Shown: positions 8,991 through 18,788, counted from the first letter of the stretch. The stretch: DNA of 26,877 bases from Candidatus Fervidifonticultor quintus (GCA_031459535.1 JAVKIJ010000041.1:1-26877), one strand, 5' to 3'. Notes: a model not told the origin generated them from the sequence alone. Translations and numbers: made by a program.

Positions 8991-10718
8991 TTAGGGTCGG
9001 GTCTCTTCTAGCGCGGCGGCCAGTTCCTCAATCAGCGGGCCGAGCGTCCGCTCCGAGAAGTCGAACTCGGCGCCCGCCGCAGCGAACAGTGCGGGCAGCG
9101 GCTGCGCCCCGCCCATGGCCAGGGCCTGGCGGTAGCGACGCACGGCGTCGGCATGGTCGTATCGCGCGCGACGCCAGATTTGCAGCGCCCCCACCTGGGC
9201 GATCCCGTACTCGATGTAGTAGAACGGCGCCAGGAACAGGTGGAGCTGGCGGTGCCACCATGCGGCCTCCGCCTCCTCGTAGCCGGTGTAGTCCACGTCC
9301 GCGTTGAAACGCCGGAAGGTCGCCAACCAAGCACGGCGGCGCTCGTCGCGTGAGTGTCCGGGATGGGTGTACAGCCAGTGCTGGAAGGCATCGATGGTGG
9401 CCACCCAGGGAAACACGCTGACCGACCGTTCCAGCGACTGCCGGTACGAGCGTCGCGCATCGGCCACAGACGGGTACACGGCGCCCAGATAGGGGCTGGC
9501 GAGCAGCTCCATGGCCATTGACGCCACCTCGGCGAATTCCAGGGGCGCCTCGCGGTACTCAAGGATCGGATCGCCCCGGGCCGCCAACATGTGGAAGGCA
9601 TGACCGCCCTCGTGCAGGAGCGTCCGCAGGTCGTCGTCGAGCCCCACGGCGTTCATGAAGATGAACGGCACCCGGCGCTCGTTGAGCGTACTCTGGTACC
9701 CGCCGGGCGCCTTGCCCTTGCGGCTGTCGAGATCGAGCAGCAACCGGTCCCGCATGAACCGGAACTGCTGCCCGAACTCCGGGTGAATCCTAGTCAGCAC
9801 CGCCTCAACGCCGGCGGCCAGCTGTTCGCTGCTGTCGAACGGCCGTAGCGGCGGACGGCCCAACGGGTCCACCTGCAGATCCCAGGGCCGCAGGGTGTCC
9901 GCCCCCAGGCGCTGCCTCCGCTCGGCGTGCAGCGCCCGCAGGACCGGCAGGACCGTGCGCTCCACGGCCTCGTGGAACCGCAGGCAGTCCTCGGGCGTAT
10001 AGTCGAAGCGCTCACGCTGCCGGAACGCGTAGGCCCGGTAGTCGGCGAACCCGGCGTTGCGGGCGATGCGCTCGCGCAAGCCCAGCAACCGGTCGAAGAG
10101 CTCGTCCAGCGCCTCGCGATCCTGCAGGCGACGCCGCGCGACCAGCTCCCAGGCCTCCTGCCGCAGCGACCGGTCGGTGTCCTCCAGGTACCGCGCCATC
10201 TGCGGCAGCGTGTGCTCCTGGCCGCGGAAGGAGACGGTCATGGCGCCAGTGATCTTCTGGTACTGCTGCTTGAGCCTGGACTCTTCAGTTTCCAGCGGCA
10301 CGTTCTCGGGTCGGAACAGGGTCACCCGGTTGTCAATGAGCCGGTCGAGCACAGCATAGCGTGTCGGGAGACCGGCCCGGTGCGGCGAGCGCATGTAGGC
10401 CACGTCCAGGGCGTGCGCGAGCGGTTTGACCCTGGGGACGATCTGCTCGATGTAGAACAGGTACGCCTGCTCGCACACCGGATCGTCGGTCTGGCAGGTC
10501 ATCTCGATGTAGCGGCGGGAGCGCTCCTCGTCGATGGCCGCCATCAGCTCGCTCGCGTCTTCCAGCCAGCGCTCCAGGGCTTCGGCAGACTCGGGCCGCG
10601 CATCCAGTAGGCGGCCAAACAGCGGCCCGATGTGTTCCCAGTTGCCCATGTCCGCGTCCTGGGGGACGAACCGGCGAGGAAACCGCTGATCGAGATCCAC
10701 GGCGAGCGGCACGGGCAT
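8991..10718 (-). CDS. M3 family oligoendopeptidase (PepF-like)
   Basis: 575 aa; RKGKAPGGY, TLLHEGGHAFH (HExxH), EFAEVASM, HLFLAPFYYIEYGIAQ; GAGGAGG RBS. Confidence 0.93.
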   Translation of the reverse strand: MPVPLAVDLDQRFPRRFVPQDADMGNWEHIGPLFGRLLDARPESAEALERWLEDASELMAAIDEERSRRYIEMTCQTDDPVCEQAYLFYIEQIVPRVKPLAHALDVAYMRSPHRAGLPTRYAVLDRLIDNRVTLFRPENVPLETEESRLKQQYQKITGAMTVSFRGQEHTLPQMARYLEDTDRSLRQEAWELVARRRLQDREALDELFDRLLGLRERIARNAGFADYRAYAFRQRERFDYTPEDCLRFHEAVERTVLPVLRALHAERRQRLGADTLRPWDLQVDPLGRPPLRPFDSSEQLAAGVEAVLTRIHPEFGQQFRFMRDRLLLDLDSRKGKAPGGYQSTLNERRVPFIFMNAVGLDDDLRTLLHEGGHAFHMLAARGDPILEYREAPLEFAEVASMAMELLASPYLGAVYPSVADARRSYRQSLERSVSVFPWVATIDAFQHWLYTHPGHSRDERRRAWLATFRRFNADVDYTGYEEAEAAWWHRQLHLFLAPFYYIEYGIAQVGALQIWRRARYDHADAVRRYRQALAMGGAQPLPALFAAAGAEFDFSERTLGPLIEELAAALEETRP

Positions 10719-10724
10719 GCCTCC

Positions 10725-12146
10725 TCAGTCCACAGAGATGACCTTCAGGAAGTTGGTAGTCCCCGGCTGTCCGATGGGCACGCCGGCGGTCACGACCACG
10801 CGATCGCCCGGTCCCGCCAGCCCCAGTGCCCGGGCCGCCCGAACGCCCTGCGCCACTAGCAGGTCCAGGTCGCTGACCTGCTCGACCAGCACCGGCTGCA
10901 CGCCCCATACCAGCGCCAGCTGCCGCCACGTGCGTTCCACGTGGGTCACCGCCACAACCGGCTGGCGCGGCCGCAGCCGCGAGACACGTCGGGCGGTGCT
11001 GCCCGATTCAGTGGCGGCCACGATTGCGGCGGCACCGATGGTCTGCGCGGCCTCGACGGCGGCCACGGCGATCGCCTCACTGGTGTCGCCGGTGTGCTCG
11101 CTCAACCGGGCGGCGAGGACCTGCTCGTATGGCAGCGCGGTCTCCGCCTGCTGGGCAATGGCCGCCATGGTCGCCACCGCCTCGACCGGGTGGGCGCCGA
11201 TAGCGGTCTCACCGGACAGCATCAGGGCGTCAGAGCCGTCGAGCACCGCGTTGGCCACGTCGGCGGCCTCGGCGCGCGTGGGCCTGCGGTGCTCGACCAT
11301 GCTCTCCAGCATCTGCGTGGCCGTGATCACGGGCCGGCCCAACCGGTTGCACAGCGCGATGATCCGCTTCTGGACCACCGGGACCTCCTCGATCGAGGTC
11401 TCCACGGCCAGATCGCCCCGCGCGACCATGACCGCGTCCGCGGCGGAGGCGATGGCGTCGATCTCGTCCAGGGCCAGCCGGCGCTCGATCTTCGCCACGA
11501 GCCGGCAGTGGCTCCCTCGCGCGGCGAGGACCGCGCGCGCCCGCTCGATGTCCGCCGCACCCGCGACGAAGGAGAGCCCCACGAACTCCACATCGTGCGT
11601 GATGGCCCACTCCAGGCACCGCAGGTCGTCGTCGGATGTGGCCGGGACGGACAGCCGCACGCCGGGCAGGTTCACGCCGGCCTGCTCGCGCAGGACGCCG
11701 CCGCAGGTCACCGTACAGCGCACGCGCGGCGGCTGGACCGATGCGACGACCAGCGCAAGTTCGCCATCTTGCAGATAGATGCCGTCACCCGGCCGCACAT
11801 CCTGTGCTAGGTGCGGGTACACCACCGGGATCGCGCCGTCGGCCGCGCGCTCGCCCGCGACCAGGGTAACATCCTGGCCATCCTCGAGGACGATGCGGCC
11901 GCCCGGCAGGCTGCCGACCCGCAGTTTGGGGCCCGGGAGATCCTGCAGGGCCGCGAGGGGGAGACCGCGGTTGGCCGCCGCACGGCGGGCGGCGGCCAGC
12001 CGGCTGGCGTGCTCGTCGGGTGTGCCATGCGAGAAGTTGAGGCGCACCACATTGACGCCGGCATCCAGCATCGCGCCCAGGACCTCGGGGGTCTGGGAAG
12101 CCGGACCGAGCGTGGCGATGATCTTGGTGCGTCGCATGGGGCGCAT
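10725..12146 (-). CDS. pyk: Pyruvate kinase
   Basis: RRTKIIATLGP, RLNFSHG, DLPGPKLR (Lys-type, usually the K+-independent clade), AKIE, MVARGDL, ATQMLESM, LSGETA. Confidence 0.97.
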   Translation of the reverse strand: MRPMRRTKIIATLGPASQTPEVLGAMLDAGVNVVRLNFSHGTPDEHASRLAAARRAAANRGLPLAALQDLPGPKLRVGSLPGGRIVLEDGQDVTLVAGERAADGAIPVVYPHLAQDVRPGDGIYLQDGELALVVASVQPPRVRCTVTCGGVLREQAGVNLPGVRLSVPATSDDDLRCLEWAITHDVEFVGLSFVAGAADIERARAVLAARGSHCRLVAKIERRLALDEIDAIASAADAVMVARGDLAVETSIEEVPVVQKRIIALCNRLGRPVITATQMLESMVEHRRPTRAEAADVANAVLDGSDALMLSGETAIGAHPVEAVATMAAIAQQAETALPYEQVLAARLSEHTGDTSEAIAVAAVEAAQTIGAAAIVAATESGSTARRVSRLRPRQPVVAVTHVERTWRQLALVWGVQPVLVEQVSDLDLLVAQGVRAARALGLAGPGDRVVVTAGVPIGQPGTTNFLKVISVD

Positions 12147-12162
12147 CGGCGAATCCTCACGC

Positions 12163-12171
12163 AGTATACCA
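12163..12171 (-). promoter_or_regulatory. Extended -10 element (TGGTATACT) for pyk-M3 peptidase
   Basis: TGnTATACT, 16 nt upstream of ATG 12146, followed by a GAGGA RBS. Confidence 0.55.
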
Positions 12172-12247
12172 ATCAGCGTGCTGGGGCAGAAGGCCCGATT
12201 GCGGCCAGGGGCGAAGTGTTGGCCGGATCTCGGTGGGGAGGCACGCT

Positions 12248-13780
12248 GTGATCTTGCGTGTGGTGGTCTTCGGGAGCGGTGCCATCCTGATGGGCCTGGA
12301 GATCGTGGGCAGCCGGCTGATCGCGCCGTTCTTCGGGAGTTCGGTCTTCGTCTGGGGCGGGCTGATCAGTATCTTCCTGGCCGCGCTCAGTCTCGGGTAC
12401 TACCTGGGCGGTACCATGGCCGACCGGTGGCCCAGAGCCGGGGTGCTGGCCACGCTGCTGGCGCTGGCCGGCGTGACGATCCTGGCGCTCAACGTGGTCT
12501 CCCGGCCCGTGCTGTTGGCGTTCGATGGATGGAACCTCGGTCCGCGGCTTGGCCCACTGCTGGCATCCATCGTGCTGTTCGCGCTACCCAGCATTCTGAT
12601 GGGGACGACCTCACCGTTCGCCATCAAGCTGGTCGCACGCGACCTGGCGACCGTCGGCACCAGCGCCGGCGTCCTGTACGCCCTGTCGACCGCGGGCAGC
12701 ATCTTCGGCACCATCGCCACGGCGTTCTTCCTGATCCCTTCCATGGGCGTGCGGGCCATCCTGATCCTGCTTGGTGGCGGGCTCCTGGTCCTGGCCGGCC
12801 TCCTGGTCCTGGCCGGCCAGAGGACCGCGCGGCCGGTCCTCTCCGCTGCGGCAGCGGTCGCCCTGGTGCTGACTACGGCCCCGGCCCGGGGCGGGCCGAT
12901 CCGGCTGCCCCAGCAGCGGGTCATCTATGAGAAGGACAGCGCGTATCACCAGATCAGCGTCTTGGAGGACGGTCTGAACCGGTACCTGCGTTTCAACCGG
13001 TCGTTCCAGGGCGGCATGGTCCTGAAGAACCCCTACGAGAGCCCCTTCCTCTACACGTCATACGCCCACCTGGCGCTGGCGTTCCAGCCCACTATCAGGC
13101 GGGTCCTGGTGATCGGTCTGGGTTCGGGCACGATACCCAAGCGCTTCCTGCGTGACTACCCGGAGGTGACCGTTGACAGCGTCGAGCTCGACCCAGCGGT
13201 CGTTGACGTCGCGAAGCGCTTCTTCGAGGTCAGAGACAACCCCCGCCACCGGATCATCGTGGACGACGGCCGGGTCTACCTGCGGCGCGCCGAGGCCAAA
13301 TACGACCTGATCGTGCTGGACGCGTACTTCGCCGAGGGCATCCCCTTCCATCTGGCGACGCGGGAATTCCTCGAGATCGTCCGTGACCATCTCAACCCGG
13401 GAGGGTTGGTCGCCTCGAACATCATCGGCGCACTCGAGGGCAGCAACAGCCGCCTCTACCGCGCCCTACACAAGACCTACGGCTCGGTGTTCCCCGGGCT
13501 CTATCCCTTCCCGGCGGCATTCGGCCCGGCCCGCATCACGACCGACACGCGCACGATCGTCCTGATCGCCACGAGCCGAATGGGGATCGATGCCGACGAG
13601 ATCCTGACGGCTGCTCGAGCGCTGCGGTCCAGCGGCCGGGTGACGCTGCCGCTGGACCGCTACGCCCGCGACTACTACGGCGGCCGGGTCGCCACCAGCG
13701 ACGTGCCTCTACTGACCGACGATTACGCGCCAGTCGACATCCTGCCGGTCTACGGCTGGGAGCCGGAACGGGCTCGCTGA
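12248..13780 (+). CDS. Fused membrane (MFS-like)/spermidine synthase-like SAM-dependent transferase
   Basis: About 7 N-terminal TM helices (MGLEIVGSRLIAPFFGSSVFVW, STAGSIFGT) followed by a class I SAM fold (VLVIGLGSG, VELD, DDGR, DLIVLDAY, PLLTDDYAP). GTG 12248 follows GGGAGG. Confidence 0.85.
   Translation: MILRVVVFGSGAILMGLEIVGSRLIAPFFGSSVFVWGGLISIFLAALSLGYYLGGTMADRWPRAGVLATLLALAGVTILALNVVSRPVLLAFDGWNLGPRLGPLLASIVLFALPSILMGTTSPFAIKLVARDLATVGTSAGVLYALSTAGSIFGTIATAFFLIPSMGVRAILILLGGGLLVLAGLLVLAGQRTARPVLSAAAAVALVLTTAPARGGPIRLPQQRVIYEKDSAYHQISVLEDGLNRYLRFNRSFQGGMVLKNPYESPFLYTSYAHLALAFQPTIRRVLVIGLGSGTIPKRFLRDYPEVTVDSVELDPAVVDVAKRFFEVRDNPRHRIIVDDGRVYLRRAEAKYDLIVLDAYFAEGIPFHLATREFLEIVRDHLNPGGLVASNIIGALEGSNSRLYRALHKTYGSVFPGLYPFPAAFGPARITTDTRTIVLIATSRMGIDADEILTAARALRSSGRVTLPLDRYARDYYGGRVATSDVPLLTDDYAPVDILPVYGWEPERAR
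12782..12817 (+). repeat. Perfect 18-bp tandem duplication (CTCCTGGTCCTGGCCGGC x2), in frame, encoding LLVLAG-LLVLAG
   Basis: Read directly from the sequence: 12782-12799 is identical to 12800-12817. Confidence 0.9.
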
Positions 13781-13819
13781 CCCCTCCGCCAGCCGCCCGG
13801 CGGCCCCGGCGCCGAAACG

Positions 13820-16102
13820 TTAGCCCGCCGCAGCGCGGCGCGGTCGCAGCTCCAGCAACTGGGCGTCGACGACGGCCAGCGCCGCCATGTTCACGATCGC
13901 GTCCACCTCGGCCCCGCGGGGCAGGACGTGGATGGACCGGGCCATGCCCATCAGGATGGGCCCGATGACCGTGGCCCCGGCCAAGTGCTCCATGAGCTTG
14001 TAGGCCACGTTGGCGGCCTCCAGGCTCGGGAAGATCAGCACGTTCGCCTCGCCCTTCAGCACCGAGAACGGGTACTCGGCCTCGCGCAGCTCCGGGTTGA
14101 GCGCGGTCTCCACCATCATCTCGCCGTCCACCATGAGGTCGGGCCGGCGCTGCCGCACCAGCTCGGTGGCCTGGCGGACCTTCTCGGACAGGGGATGCCG
14201 CGTGGATCCGAAGCTCGAGAACGACAGCATCGCCACCCGGGGGGCCAAGTGGAACTGCATGGCCCGGTCGGCGGCCATGATGGCGATATCGGCCAGGTCT
14301 TCGGCTGTCGACTCGATGTTCACCGTGGGATCGGCGAACAGCAGGACCTTGTGGTTCCACAGTACCAGATAGAGCCCGGCCACCCTCCGGAATCCCGGCG
14401 CCACGCCCACCACCTGGAGGGCGGGCCGGATCACGTCGGGGTAGTTGTGTGCCACGCCGGCGATACACGCGTCCGCGTCGCCCATGTGAACCATCAGCAT
14501 GCCGAACATGACGGGCCGGATCACCCGTGTCAGGGCCTCACGGCGCGTCATGCCCTTCCGCTGCCGGAGGAAGAACAGTGCCTCGGCGTAGCGCTCGCGC
14601 TCGGGGGCATGCTCGGGATCGATGACGGTCAGGGGGACTGTGACCCGAATCTCCTCCATGCGCCGACGGATGACCTCTGAGCGCCCGAGCAGGATCGGCT
14701 GGCCGATGCGTTCCTTGGCCACGGCCACCGCGGCCCGAATGACCCCGGGTTCCTCTCCTTCTGGGAACACGATGCGGCGCGGCGAGGCCTGCGCCTGCGC
14801 CACAATGGCGTTCATGACCTCGCAGGCCGGGATGAGCCGGCGGGAGAGGCGATCCCGGTATTCCTTGAGGTCCAACTGCACACGGGCGACGCCCGACTTC
14901 ATGGCTGCCTCGGCCACCGCCGGGGCCACCCAGAGCGGGACCCGGGGGTCGTTGGGCTTGGGGATGATGTAGTCTCGGCCGAATCGCAGGCTGGTGAGCC
15001 CGTAGGCCCGCAGCACGGTCTCGGGGACTTCTTCCTTGGCCAGCGCGGCGAGCGCTTTGGCGGCGGCGACCTTCATCTCTTCGTTGATCGCCCTGGCCCG
15101 CACATCCAGCGCTCCCCGGAAGATGAACGGGAAGCCCAACACGTTGTTCACCTGGTTCGGGTAGTCGGACCGCCCCGTGGCCACGATGGCATCAGGCCTG
15201 GCCGCCTTGGCCTCGTCGTAGGGAATCTCCGGATCGGGGTTGGCCATGGCGAAGATGATCGGGTCGCGCGCCATGCTCTGGACCATCTCGCGGGTGACGA
15301 GGTTGGGCCCCGAGAGCCCCAGGAACACGTCGGCACCCCTCATGGCGTCCGCCAGCGTCCGGGCCTCGGTCTCGACCGCAAACCGTGCCTTGTAAGGGTT
15401 CATGTTCTCGGTCCGGCCCTGGTAGATGACGCCCTTGGTGTCGCACAGGGTGATGTGCTCCCGGCGCACGCCCAGCAGGACGTAGAACTCGGCGCTGGCG
15501 ATCGCTGAGGCGCCCGCGCCGCTGATGACGACCTTGATGTCCTCGATCCGCTTGTTGACCAGCTCGAGGGCGTTGAGCAACCCGGCGCCACTGATAATGG
15601 CCGTCCCGTGCTGGTCGTCATGGAAGACCGGGATGTCCAGTTCGGCTTTGAGTCGCTCCTCGACCTCGAAGCACTCGGGCGCCTTGATGTCCTCCAGGTT
15701 GATCCCGCCGAAGGTGGGAGCGATGGCCTTGCCAGCCGCCACGATCTCGTCAGGCGTGGTGGCGTCCACCTCGATGTCGAAAGCATCCACGTCGGCGAAG
15801 CGCTTGAACAGCAGCGCCTTGCCCTCCATGACCGGCTTGCTGGCCAGCGCGCCCAGGTTGCCGAGGCCGAGGATGGCCGTTCCGTTACTGAGCACGGCCA
15901 CGAGGTTGCCCTTGTTGGTGTAGGTGTATGCATCCAGCGGCTGCTTGTAGATCTCCCGAACCGGCTCAGCGACACCCGGGCTGTAGGCCAGGGTCAGGTC
16001 ACGCTGGGTAGCACATGGTTTCGTGAGCGCGATGGCGATTTTGCCGGGCCGACCGCGGGAGTGGTATTCGAGCGCGTCCTCACGCGTGAACCCCGCAGGC
16101 AT
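13820..16102 (-). CDS. maeB: NADP-dependent malic enzyme with C-terminal phosphotransacetylase-like domain
   Basis: 760 aa; [56 protein letters not shown]-like half ([26 protein letters not shown]). Confidence 0.96.
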   Translation of the reverse strand: MPAGFTREDALEYHSRGRPGKIAIALTKPCATQRDLTLAYSPGVAEPVREIYKQPLDAYTYTNKGNLVAVLSNGTAILGLGNLGALASKPVMEGKALLFKRFADVDAFDIEVDATTPDEIVAAGKAIAPTFGGINLEDIKAPECFEVEERLKAELDIPVFHDDQHGTAIISGAGLLNALELVNKRIEDIKVVISGAGASAIASAEFYVLLGVRREHITLCDTKGVIYQGRTENMNPYKARFAVETEARTLADAMRGADVFLGLSGPNLVTREMVQSMARDPIIFAMANPDPEIPYDEAKAARPDAIVATGRSDYPNQVNNVLGFPFIFRGALDVRARAINEEMKVAAAKALAALAKEEVPETVLRAYGLTSLRFGRDYIIPKPNDPRVPLWVAPAVAEAAMKSGVARVQLDLKEYRDRLSRRLIPACEVMNAIVAQAQASPRRIVFPEGEEPGVIRAAVAVAKERIGQPILLGRSEVIRRRMEEIRVTVPLTVIDPEHAPERERYAEALFFLRQRKGMTRREALTRVIRPVMFGMLMVHMGDADACIAGVAHNYPDVIRPALQVVGVAPGFRRVAGLYLVLWNHKVLLFADPTVNIESTAEDLADIAIMAADRAMQFHLAPRVAMLSFSSFGSTRHPLSEKVRQATELVRQRRPDLMVDGEMMVETALNPELREAEYPFSVLKGEANVLIFPSLEAANVAYKLMEHLAGATVIGPILMGMARSIHVLPRGAEVDAIVNMAALAVVDAQLLELRPRRAAAG

Positions 16103-16205
16103 GGGCGGTCACTCCTCTCGTCCCTGTTGTCAGTTCTACGGTACCAACTGTCCTCTTGGGGTACATCAGTTGTTCACCCTAGGCCCAAGTCGGAAGCCGT
16201 CTGGC

Positions 16206-17336
16206 CTATGGCCGCGGCGGGCTCAGGTAGCGGCCCAGCCCATCGCGCCGTAGGGCCGCGAGATCGGGAAGGTCGTCTAGGACCACGGCGCGGCCGGCGC
16301 GCACGGTCCCCAACCTGGCGGCGAAGAGGCCCACGCCGGCCAGATGGCGTCCCACCCGGACCTCGATAGGCCACCCACCCGGGTCGAACGGCACGAACAG
16401 CCGTCCGGCCGCTGCGGCGCGTTCGTAGGTCGCGTCGCGGCCACCGGTAACCAGTTCGGCGCTGGTCCGGCCGCGGATGCGCCCCTGCGACGGGTTGGGC
16501 GTCTCCATCAACACGGCCAGCGCCGGCGTATGGTCGCCGAGTTCGCGATGGCTGAGGCCGCGCAGCCTCCGGGGCGAGGGCTCCAGCCCGATCTGGATGC
16601 CGGCCATCTGCATCTCAAGCAACACCGCCGCCGCCAGGGGCATGGCCCGCTCGTGGGCCACGATGGCATTGATCACCGGGTACTCCGGCGACGCCTCGTG
16701 CAGGTCGATGACCAGGTCCACCTCCTCGGCCCTGGCCAGGGTCGTGATCGCCAGCGCGATCTGCTCGGTGAACGTCCCATCGGGCCGACCGGGGAAGGCG
16801 CGGTTCAGGTTGCGGACCTCGCTGCCCGAGAGGCGCTGCCCCGATGAGGCGTGCACATAGACGTCCGGGTCCGGCCACTGGTCGATGGGATTGGTGTTGC
16901 GTGACCCGAACCGGAAGATGCGCGGCCCCCCAGGTGTGGAGATCTCGAAGGTCTGTGGCGAGGCCTCCTGTGGATCGTTGTGCGTGAACGCGCTGCCGTT
17001 GGCACGCGGGACGACGATCAGGCGACCGGCAGCGACGCGAGCGCGCTCCACGAGGAGTACCGCTGCCAGGTATCCGGCTGGCTCGTTGGGATGCGTCCCG
17101 CCCAGGACCAGGACCGTGCCGCCGGGCCGGGCGCCGTCGAGGAAGTAGACGCTCGTGTCAGCCGATCGGCCGCGCAGGAGGGGGTTGTATGCTGCCAGCG
17201 AGCGCTGTCGGGAGACGCCCGGTCCTTCGAAGATCGGCTCGGGCACGCGCATGGCGAGGAACGCGCGGCCGCTCGCGGCCGCCACCAGCACAGCCACCGC
17301 GGCGAACCCCAGGGCTGACCACGGCGTCCGCTTCAT
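16206..17336 (-). CDS. M14-like / succinylglutamate desuccinylase-aspartoacylase family zinc hydrolase, with N-terminal signal or anchor
   Basis: Start MKRTPWSALG (ATG 17336 overlaps the upstream stop, ATGA); GGTHPNE (HxxE), NLNRAFPG, IDLHE, LMETPN. Confidence 0.85.
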   Translation of the reverse strand: MKRTPWSALGFAAVAVLVAAASGRAFLAMRVPEPIFEGPGVSRQRSLAAYNPLLRGRSADTSVYFLDGARPGGTVLVLGGTHPNEPAGYLAAVLLVERARVAAGRLIVVPRANGSAFTHNDPQEASPQTFEISTPGGPRIFRFGSRNTNPIDQWPDPDVYVHASSGQRLSGSEVRNLNRAFPGRPDGTFTEQIALAITTLARAEEVDLVIDLHEASPEYPVINAIVAHERAMPLAAAVLLEMQMAGIQIGLEPSPRRLRGLSHRELGDHTPALAVLMETPNPSQGRIRGRTSAELVTGGRDATYERAAAAGRLFVPFDPGGWPIEVRVGRHLAGVGLFAARLGTVRAGRAVVLDDLPDLAALRRDGLGRYLSPPRP

Positions 17337-17476
17337 TTGAGCATTAGCAGGCGCAGGACCAACGGCACGAGGACCATGACCGCCACGGCCTGGCGCAACC
17401 GGTCGCGCTCCTCGAACAGGTTCAGGGTGACCAGGACCACCAGCAGTAGCACGATGCACCGGTAGATCCAGGTCAT
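17333..17476 (-). CDS. Small 47-aa membrane protein (two predicted helices)
   Basis: MTWIYRCIVLLLVVLVTLNLFEERDRLRQAVAVMVLVPLVLRLLMLK; start overlaps the dctM-like stop (TGATG) and stop overlaps the next start (ATGA). It appears in the ORF track only as the tail of 17333..18868. Confidence 0.8.
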   Translation of the reverse strand: MTWIYRCIVLLLVVLVTLNLFEERDRLRQAVAVMVLVPLVLRLLMLK

Positions 17477-18747
17477 CACAGGCCAAGCAGCCGGGCCAGC
17501 GGGTTCGCCCACACCAGGGCGCCGATCCCCACGAGATCGATGATGACGGCCGGGATCAGGCAACGCCGCAGCGTCCCGAAATACCCGGGCAGCCCGACCA
17601 CCTGAGAGGCGAAGATCCCGGCCAGGGCCGTGGGCGGCATCAGGTCGCCCAGGCTCGCGACCAGCGACAGCGCCGACGCCACCACGATCCCGTTGCGACC
17701 CAGCAGGGCCAGGAAGATCGGGACGCCCAGCACCGAGGCAGACCCGAAAGCCGAGACGGCACCGAAGAGCGGGATGGCCACCGCGGTCGCCACGAACAGC
17801 AAGGCGGCGGGCAGCACCAGGGCCCCCACCACGAACGCCCCTCTGGCCCCGGTCAGGGTCATGACCTGGATGAACATCCCCACGCCCATGAGGATGCCCA
17901 TCACCGGCAGGGCCTCGCGCATCGCCTCTCGGGCCACGCGAAAAAAATGGATGGGCAGCCCGGTGACCAGCCCGGTGGCGGCCCCGAGCAAGAAGATCAG
18001 GGGGAGGCCCAGATCCGGAAGGCGAGACGCCACCTTGGGACCAAACATCAGCACGCCGACGACAACCAGTGGCAGGTAAAGCCTGGCGCCGAAGCGGGCG
18101 TAGTACGAGGCGGGCAGCCGGTCGGGCGCAGTCGTCGTCCGGTCCCGCACGAAGCGACGCCCCAGCATGAGCACCAGCCCCATCGCCAGCGGCACGGTGA
18201 GCACCAGCAGAGGGAGCGCGAACCCCACATACGGCATGTCCACCCCACCGCCGATGATCATAGCCGGGATGTTGACCGGCGGCGCGATCATGCCCAGCAC
18301 CGCGCCCACGGCTACGATCGACGCAGTATGTTCCGCGGGGATGCCGAGAGCCAGCAGCACGGGTGCGGCGATGGCGCCCGTGGTGAAGACGCACGCGCTG
18401 GACGAGCCGGTCATCATGCCCGGGAACATGATGAACAGCACCAACGCCACCAGCAGCAGCGAAGGCCGCCCTCCCAACCCGTCGATGATCTGTCGGCCCA
18501 GGGTCTCCAACAGGCCGTTGCGCTGCAAGACCTTCATGAAGATCATGGCCGAGCCGATCATCAGGGTGATGTCGAGAAAACCGAAGCTGCCCTCGACCAG
18601 GTGGCGGACCGGCACGCCTTCGCCGGCCAGCAGCGCGCCGGTCACCGCGCCGAGCATCAGCGAGAACCCCACCGGCCAGCGCAGGCCCAGGGCCGCCGCG
18701 ACGAACACCGCGGTCATGGCCACGAGCAGCAGCGCGGGTTGCAGCAT
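17476..18747 (-). CDS. TRAP large-permease-like (DctM / ion-transporter superfamily) membrane protein
   Basis: 423 aa, highly hydrophobic; PGMMTGSS, GMIAPPVNIPAMIIG and DLMPPT motifs resemble the internal-repeat motifs of DctM/IT-superfamily transporters. Confidence 0.78.
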   Translation of the reverse strand: MLQPALLLVAMTAVFVAAALGLRWPVGFSLMLGAVTGALLAGEGVPVRHLVEGSFGFLDITLMIGSAMIFMKVLQRNGLLETLGRQIIDGLGGRPSLLLVALVLFIMFPGMMTGSSSACVFTTGAIAAPVLLALGIPAEHTASIVAVGAVLGMIAPPVNIPAMIIGGGVDMPYVGFALPLLVLTVPLAMGLVLMLGRRFVRDRTTTAPDRLPASYYARFGARLYLPLVVVGVLMFGPKVASRLPDLGLPLIFLLGAATGLVTGLPIHFFRVAREAMREALPVMGILMGVGMFIQVMTLTGARGAFVVGALVLPAALLFVATAVAIPLFGAVSAFGSASVLGVPIFLALLGRNGIVVASALSLVASLGDLMPPTALAGIFASQVVGLPGYFGTLRRCLIPAVIIDLVGIGALVWANPLARLLGL

Positions 18748-18788
18748 GGGCAGACAGGGTCAGGGCGTCGGGACCGGCAGGCCGCGAC

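Noticed and set aside
13781-13819. Terminator between the convergent spermidine-synthase-like gene and maeB
   Set aside because: Only short GC stems expected by chance, and no clear U-tract.
17941-17947. A7 homopolymer in the DctM-like gene as a phase-variation tract
   Set aside because: Only 7 nt, frame intact (His-Phe-Phe codons); insufficient evidence.
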